Shown here: positions 57,001 to 64,000 of the stretch, piece by piece
Layout: each line of letters opens with the position of its first letter
Position numbering within the stretch: position 1 is the stretch's first letter
NCBI GenBank assembly: GCA_050084985.1
Contig: JBITNC010000001.1
Location: 141,422,001 to 141,486,000, forward strand
Reading direction: 5' to 3'
DNA: 64,000 bases
DNA from: Nageia nagi
Taxonomy: Eukaryota; Plantae; Pinophyta
Made by a program: the position numbers and the translations under genes
The notes under the pieces: model-generated
What the model was told of the DNA's origin: nothing
The model's database searches: none
What the model saw: the letters and a program-made list of their open reading frames with translations, nothing else

Positions 57001-57650
57001 CTTTATATCTTTGTTGTGGTGTTTGTTATAGGGAAAGACCCTACAAATGGAGATTTGGATAACCTTGTTGAATTTGTGCCTCAGCTAATATCTGATTTTG
57101 TAGGTTTAGATTTTGGGGCATTATAATAGCTTCTTATTTTATCCTTCTCTTCATTTTTTTGGGTGGATCTTCATTAGACTACACTCTGCCTATTGGTATT
57201 ATATCCATGTAAATTTCCATCTCTGTGTGGATATCCTTACTTTGCTTCATAGATTCCACATTGCAATTTTGATTCTTTATCTCTGCTTAGATTGGATAAT
57301 GCTTCATTTCTTCATCCATGATTATTAGGTTTGAGTACTATCCCCTATTGATTATTTTTTGCATTGAGTTGAGTTTTGACATGAGTTGTCATCTAAATTT
57401 TTCTGTGTTCCATTCTAGTTCTTCTTTTGTAATGTGGTTGCTTTTGGTGGTGCTCCTTTGTCTCTATTGTATCCTTCTCTTTTGTGACTTTTATAGAACT
57501 CCTACCTTATGTTCCTCCTTTATTCCTCTCCCCTTTTGTTATTGCTTCATTTTTGAACATCTCTTTGTCTTTATCCTTAGATTGTGTTGGCTAATGATCG
57601 ATTCCTTTGGTTCTCTTTCTTTGGTGGGCCCATCTAGGAATATATGCCTT

Positions 57651-57935
57651 TTCACTATATTGCTTCTCTTGATGGCATGTGCTTTGTTCTATATTAGTTG
57701 TTGGTTTAGAAGCCTCTCCTTCCTTTATGTTACCTTCCCTTGGTGAGCCTTCATTTCTTTTCCTTTTCTTTGTTTATGTTGCCTTCCTTTGGTGAGCCTT
57801 CATTTCTTTCCCTTTTGTTAAAGGAAAATAAATGAAGATTTACCAAGGGAAGGAAACATAAACAAAGAAGAGGCTTCTAACCCAACATCTAATAAAAAAC
57901 AAAGCACATGCCATCAAGAGAAGAAATAGAGTGAA
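57651..57935. repeat. Inverted repeat (hairpin), ~116-bp arms, with an extra ~50-bp tandem copy of the inner arm
   Basis: 57651-57766 is the reverse complement of 57820-57935 (roughly 85-90% by eye, e.g. CTTCTCTTGATGGCATGTGCTTTG / CAAAGCACATGCCATCAAGAGAAG). 57766-57815 duplicates the inner left arm. Confidence 0.92.
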
Positions 57936-58489
57936 CAAACTAAAATATTTTTTTACTCTTAGAGGAAACTAGTTTGGAGAATACAATAGAATGATCTATT
58001 TCACATCCAAACCACCCAAAGGAGCTAGTACCATGAAATCTAAGATTAATAAATGCTTCATTTTATAAAGTGGCAATATGCTTCATTTTAATAAGAAAGT
58101 AGCAGAACAATCACAACTAACAATCGAACAGTTCAATGTGCTTCGTTATAATGATTTGCTTCGTTTTGTTTACAATCAAAATGTCACATACTATGCATAT
58201 CATGTTGAAAAAGCATGATGTATCTTATTATATATAAATCAACATGTTTTTATACAATGTTTATAAAACCCTTTCAAAATTTTATCTTTTCTTTGATAAA
58301 TACAAATTTACCTTAAATTTGTCAAAAAAAAAAAATTGTTTCTCATTCTAAATAACATAAATGATATACAAGTAACGTATATCACTATTGGAAGTATAAC
58401 ACATATACAAGTAACATATATCTTTTTAAAATAATAAATATACATAAATTCCATATAATGTATTAAATAGATGTGCATGTCCCATAAGC

Positions 58490-58560
58490 TGCATACGCTC
58501 CTACCCAGAAAGTCTTAACCAGCGTATACGTCGTTCACGCGTTGGTATCGAATTGCAGAA
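58490..58560 (+). promoter_or_regulatory. CpG-dense putative promoter/5' region of the NAA10-like copy
   Basis: AGCGTATACGTCGTTCACGCGTTGGTATCG lies ~110-140 bp upstream of the ancestral start, in an otherwise CpG-starved window. Confidence 0.4.
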
Positions 58561-58656
58561 AGAGCTCTCAATATTATTTGAGAAAGAAAGGGAAGGGAAT
58601 ATGTGGGCAAGAATCTGTGCTAAAACATTCAACCACAGTTTCTGTGATTGTGAACT

Positions 58657-59255
58657 ATAGTTTGCATTAGACAACCAACCCCTGCGGATTTGCCTGGAAT
58701 CGAGATATGCTCTTCGATGTGCCTCGGCCAGACTTGCAGCCCAACCCTTTTTTCCCAACACCTTCTTTCATGGCCTGAACTTTCATATGTGGCCGAGGAT
58801 CGCAGCAACAAAATTGTGGGTTACATGCTCAGGATGATGGACAACAAGAAGGAGGAGGAGGAAGTGGATGAGGAAGGAGAATATGAAGAGGAGGATTACA
58901 GACGATATTTTTGGGATACATTTTGTGGGAAGATCAATTCTCTTGCGGTTATGCGCCCTTACAGAAAGTTGGGCATCGCAACAAAGCTCATGGAGGCAGC
59001 TCACAACGCTATGTCTAATGTCTTTGGAGTGGGATATGCTTCTGTTCGTGTCAGTGCCATCAACCGGGTAGCTCTGATTCTCTTTCATAAGATGGATTAC
59101 AGATTTTACATGGCGAAGCTCAACTCGCCAACTTCTATGGTAATGGCGAGGACCCATATCTGCTGTTCAAGAAATTGCCCTTCAAGCAAGATGACAATAT
59201 CCTGATCACCATAGATAATTGGGAAACTTCTTCTTCAAAGAATAATAATAATTAG
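58657..59255 (+). pseudogene. NAA10-like: Divergent NAA10/ARD1-like N-terminal acetyltransferase (GNAT), start codon lost and frameshifted
   Basis: IVCIRQ..(ATA replaces the ATG of MVCIR; TGA two codons upstream)..HLLSWPELSYVAED..IVGY..SLAVMRPYRKLGIATKLMEAA..AM..VFG. The C-terminal ANFYGNGEDPY (cf. AKYYADGEDAY) is in another frame from 59127, with stop at 59253-59255. Confidence 0.9.
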
Positions 59256-61519
59256 ACGGATTTTTATTTTCTTCAGATCTTGATCTTGGAGTTGTTAGAT
59301 TCAGGGGCCATATCTTTTCTTGATGCTTGGGTTGCAAATGCTAAATAGCAAGCTTGTGTTTCTTTACAAGACTTGAACATGTCCATTTCTTTGAAATGCA
59401 ATCAACTCTTGTGGGAATCGGTATATCTTTTGTTCTTGTTTTCGGTTGTGAAGGTCATTCAATTAAATTGTTAAAAGGGAAAGGAAAATGGATAGTGTAC
59501 AGTTGAATTCAACAGTGGTTCAATAATGTCATAATAAAACTAAGATGAGATTTCTTTTAAATAAAACCCGTGGAAGATTTTTGGGCATATTTTGTGTAGA
59601 CTGTAAGAGGTTACTATCTTGTTTGGGTGACTGGGAAGAAATAGCTAAATAACTCTATGTTTAGCCATGTCAATTCTGAAGCATTTTACTTTCCATCGCT
59701 ACTGTTTTAATGTAAGAGGAAATTCGATTGTCATTTTATTCCACTGGATTTAAATGTTTAACCTATACCATAAACATACATGAAGGAATATCAAGGTTAT
59801 TATAGTTGGCACACAAAGCAGAATTTGAGTAGTTATGAATCAGTTGTTCATTGGTATGTAAAATGGTTCTTTTAAATTAAATATTAAATTTATTGTGCTG
59901 ACCTAAGAAGTTATGTTATAAATAGTTATTTGTACATTGTAAATAATTTTAATGGTCTTTTGGTTTGGGGTTTTTATTTTAAAAAATATATTAGGAATTA
60001 TTCAAATAATATAATGTTACTTTCTTTTAAAAATTAATTCTATGGAAATAATTATTACTTAAAATTTGTTACAATTAAACTTTTATAAAGGATTGACATG
60101 TAATGTATCTACTTTATGTGATATTTGTAAGGAAATATTATGGATTGATAAATATTACTTATTATTGTAAGAAAAGAGATACATGTCACATCTCATTGTA
60201 AGGGAATATAAGTAGAAAAGAATAATAGATATATTATATGGGTAAGAAATGTTTATAAGAGATTCTACCATTTAGATATTTCTCTAAGATCAAAAGTGCA
60301 AGTCATGATTTAATGTCTTATTTTTTATTATTATCTTTAGAATATGTACCAAATTTGTTTTTACAATGGAAGTCCTAATGTTCATTGGTCCAAACCAAAT
60401 CCTTTCAAGTCCACTACAGGTAAAGGTCCCAAATATTTAAAATAGTGAAACTGAAATTTTAGATGTCTTGAATTATCACCATTGATCAACCATGGACATT
60501 ATGTTGTTTATGATTTATAACTTCAATCAGCATAACATTATATTAATTCCTATTTATAATAGTCAAAAGTTCTCAATTATGATTAATTGCACATATATGT
60601 AAAATATATCATATTTAAAATTAAATTTTATTTATGTAAAATGTATGGTGTTAAGGATTAATCATTTTTTTGTAAATTCATATCTTCAAAATATTTTTAA
60701 TCAAAAAATTGAATTTTAAAAATTTATATTTTTTACATTTTAAAAATATTACAATCACATACACATATTTGATTAAAAGAGTAAATTGTATTAATTAAGA
60801 GTTTTGAAAAGATCTCCTAAAAGTTTTTACAACTCAAAATAAAACTTTTGATTTCAATAAAAAGTAAATTCAATAATAACTTTCAAAAAAATAAAGCAAT
60901 AATTTGTGTCTTAATTCCAAAAAATTGATACTAAGAAGTGAAAAGAATAACATAAAATACTTTTAAATTTTTTTTTGCCTCTTATTAACACAAAAGTTCA
61001 TACAAATTGAATCAAGATTATCACCTAACTCTGATTTTTGAATTTTGGACCGTTGTAGCATCAGATTCTCTAGCTCAAAGCCTGGGACTTCAAGTCGAAG
61101 GACCAATAGGTGCTTTGAGCATTTTCCCTCCATTCTTCTAGAATCCTTCAAATGTTTATTGCTTTTTGTTACCATTTACATCATTTTGTGCATTTATTCA
61201 TTGAAAATCCTTTTTTTCCTAAAGATTTTAGGTTTTGTTGATGATTTGATTAACTGTAAGTTAGGTGAAACGCATTGGTTATTGGTTTACCAATTTTTTT
61301 GAATTCGAGGAGAGTGAATTGGAGTATCATGTCATATTTTTTTCCTGAGCTTATGTCACAATATCAACTCTCTTGAAGAGTGTGCAAGATTTTTGGCTAG
61401 TTGTATCTTGATTGATTTTTGCATTTACTTCACCTACGATGGATCTAGGTTTTTTATTATCTCAAACTCATTTTGTAGCTTCACTGGTTGAAGTTGTTAG
61501 AGCAAGCAATAGCACCTAT

Positions 61520-62280
61520 AGAAAAGCATCCTTAGAAGTTCATTCATAAGGTGTACAAAGAGGTAATTAATTTCCTAATATTGTAATCCCTTTGAATGAA
61601 TTTCAATGTACTTGTTCTTAGCTTGAGTCGAATACCATTATCAAGTATTTCCTAGGTTGCATCCCTTCGGATGTAGTTCTTAAGACATGGATTGATCAAT
61701 ACTGGTGTCCTTATGGCATTCAAGTTGAGCATGTATAAAACCTTACTAAAGTTTTTTTTTAGTTTTCTAATCCTAAATGGGTGAAAAATACTCTTGATAA
61801 AGGACCAAGCTATATTCATAGCACCCTGTTAATTTTTCAACCTTGGTCTAGGGGTTTTTTAGTTAACAATTCTATCTCCTTAGTTGTCCTAGTGTGGGTT
61901 GAGTTCCCAGGTCTCCCTCTTACCATGTAGCCTTTCTTATGGCTTCTTGCTACTTAGATTAGCACGTTTGTGCATGATAAATTGGTATGGTTTTATTCAA
62001 CCCATCCATCCAAAAGGATATGTGTTAAGGTTGATTTTGTAAAGTATTTAAAATAATATATTGATATTTAGGTTGGTGATACCATGCTTCATTAGAGGGT
62101 TGTTTATGTCAATCTCCTAAACACCTTTTATCAATGTCAATCAGGTGCCCATATAATTAAGGATTGTTTGCTAATGGAAGATAGGTTTAAAATTAAACTA
62201 GTTTCCCTTGCTACTCCAACATCTTCTCCTACTCAACCCACAAAGGGATCTTAGGAGGAATGGCAGATGGTTCATCTTAG
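61520..62280 (+). mobile_element. L1-clade LINE ORF1 remnant (DUF4283 + zf-CCHC)
   Basis: LIFQPW..VWVEFPGLPL (61892)..KRICVKVDF..VVYVNLLNTFYQCQSGAHIIKDC, with multiple stops. Confidence 0.85.
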
Positions 62281-62710
62281 CTTTTATCTTCTACATAATC
62301 AATTAAATGTTATAAAATATTATAGCTTAAAAATAAACTAATTTCTTTTAATAAATATTTAATTATAATTTCTCACAATGAAATGAAAATCTAAACAAGT
62401 TTATGTTGCTAAAGAAAAATCTATACAATGTTTTCATAGTGAAAATGATAAATATTGAGCCTTTCACTCTAAAAGGCATAAGGATAAAATATAACTTCTA
62501 TCATTTCCTTGTATAAAAATATTTTAAAAAAAAACTTAAACTTAATAAAATACTTATGTTTAATTTTCACAATGAAATTACCTAAGATTTTTGCAATGAT
62601 AAGCAATTGATGAAAAAAATGATGTTGGATATTTTCCCTAAGGTCTATAGTTTTAAGATTTAAATATTTTACATATTTTAGAATATCTTGTATTAGCTTA
62701 AAATTAGTCA

Positions 62711-64000
62711 TGTTTGACTAATAATTTAGTTTGTTAGGGTGTTTCTTATAATTGGGGGAATTAGTTACTTTCTTAAGTTTTAGCTGAATTGGTTGAGGAT
62801 ATTTCTCAACTACTTTCTATTTTTAGGTATCTTCATAGCCTATATATATTGATGTAATTTTCTTCTTTGATGTAGATCAATCTCATTTGGTATTAGAGCT
62901 CAAGGAAGATCATAAGCTTGGGTAAAAAAGGCTTGAGAGCATTTTTAAACTATAGTTTGTGTTTTTTATAGTTCTTAAAAAATGTATGTACAAGCCTAAA
63001 AAACTTATTCAACATGTGAAGTGTATATATTTTGATCTAATTTTCTTTTTTATGTAAAATGTGGACCATTTATAGGTATGGATGTGTAGAACATCCTATC
63101 CAAATTTCAACTCATTTGGATAAGTTTAATGCCTATGTTTTATGACTATCCCAAAGAATGTCTATTCAGTAAAAATTATGGAGTTTTTTGCAATTTTGTT
63201 ATGCTATTTATTACATTTTATAAAAATAGTTTTTTATTATTATTATAATATTGAAACCATTGGGGTTTGAGGAAGTTTTTAGTGCTACAAAAAACTTTTT
63301 GTAATTGTGAAAACCAGAGATGTGTAGAGAAGTCTTATTGTATTAAGCATTATAAAAATGGTTACCAATAATAACAATCTTCCCATAGCTAAGTTAAATG
63401 AATTAGATTGTGAGTATTCATCCATTAAAATGAAGACCTTGGTCATAGGAAAAGGCTTGTGGGATGTCATAAAGGAAGGTTATATTGAGCCACAAGATTA
63501 GAGCATCATCCCACAAAATGATAAGACTACAAAGGAGGCTTAGAAAAAAATTCATTTACACTCTACCATTTACAAGAAAGCTTTGAAAAGACAATATTTC
63601 CAATAATTTCTTCTTGTACTTCAACCAAGGATGCTTGGAAAGCACTCAAAGATGAATAATAAAGGAGCACCTAAGTGAAGCAAGTGAGGCTTCAAAACTT
63701 GAAGAGATATTTTGAGAATCTCAAAATGCAAGATGATTAATTACTTGGTGACTATTATGTAAGGGTAAAAGCATGTGTTGATAAAATCTAGACAGTTGGT
63801 AAAGAAGTGTCTAATCAAGACATGGTGAAGAAAGTGTTGAGAAAACATTTTCTAAAGTGGAATAATATAGCAATAATCATAAAGGAGTCCAAAAATTTGA
63901 CTAGTCTAGATTTTGATCAACTCATCGGTTCCCTAATGAGTCATCAAGAAAGACCTAAAGACTCCAAAGGAGGTATGTGAAGGATTTGCTTTGGGATAGA
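62711..64000 (+). mobile_element. Ty1/copia (Ivana/Ale-like) 5' end with decayed gag; continues right of the window
   Basis: LTR ends ..CTCA at 62885 (start uncertain); PBS TGGTATTAGAGC 62888-62899. gag SIKMKTLVIGKGLWDVIKEGYIEP..RLQNLKRYFENLKM..LIGSLMSHQER (~63420-63953). Confidence 0.88.

Noticed and set aside
57020-57650. Possible LINE ORF1 C-terminal fragment on the minus strand
   Set aside because: Composition is suggestive but there is no diagnostic motif.
57113-57746. Hydrophobic ORFs resembling membrane proteins (also 12480, 14050, 23671, 52187)
   Set aside because: Products of T/pyrimidine-rich strands with no family motif; several are antisense to TE sequence.
58501-59157. Overlapping antisense and alternate-frame ORFs at the NAA10-like locus
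   Set aside because: Shadows of a higher-GC CDS with no independent motifs.
58690-59205. 171-aa ORF as an intact gene
   Set aside because: It starts at an internal TTG, omits the VCIR N-terminus, and its last ~26 aa are frameshifted.

Overview
AT-rich, strongly CpG-depleted plant nuclear DNA, most likely from a large-genome gymnosperm (inferred from TE style and composition; not verified). Bases 1-53233 are a nest of decayed LTR retrotransposons. They comprise two Tnt1/Tork-like Ty1/copia copies, four Tat/Ogre-like Ty3/gypsy elements (A-D), a full-length CRM-type chromovirus with a solo LTR inserted in its PBS, a gag-protease-only partner of that chromovirus, and non-coding LARD-like elements. 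Elements A and B carry an antisense, apparently intron-containing plant mobile domain (PMD) gene, and B lacks pol entirely. The right end holds a tRNA-derived SINE, a hairpin with ~116-bp arms, a divergent and disrupted NAA10-like N-terminal acetyltransferase copy in a CpG-rich island, an L1 ORF1 remnant and the 5' end of another copia. No intact host gene is present. All calls come from manual reading and translation; no searches were run.
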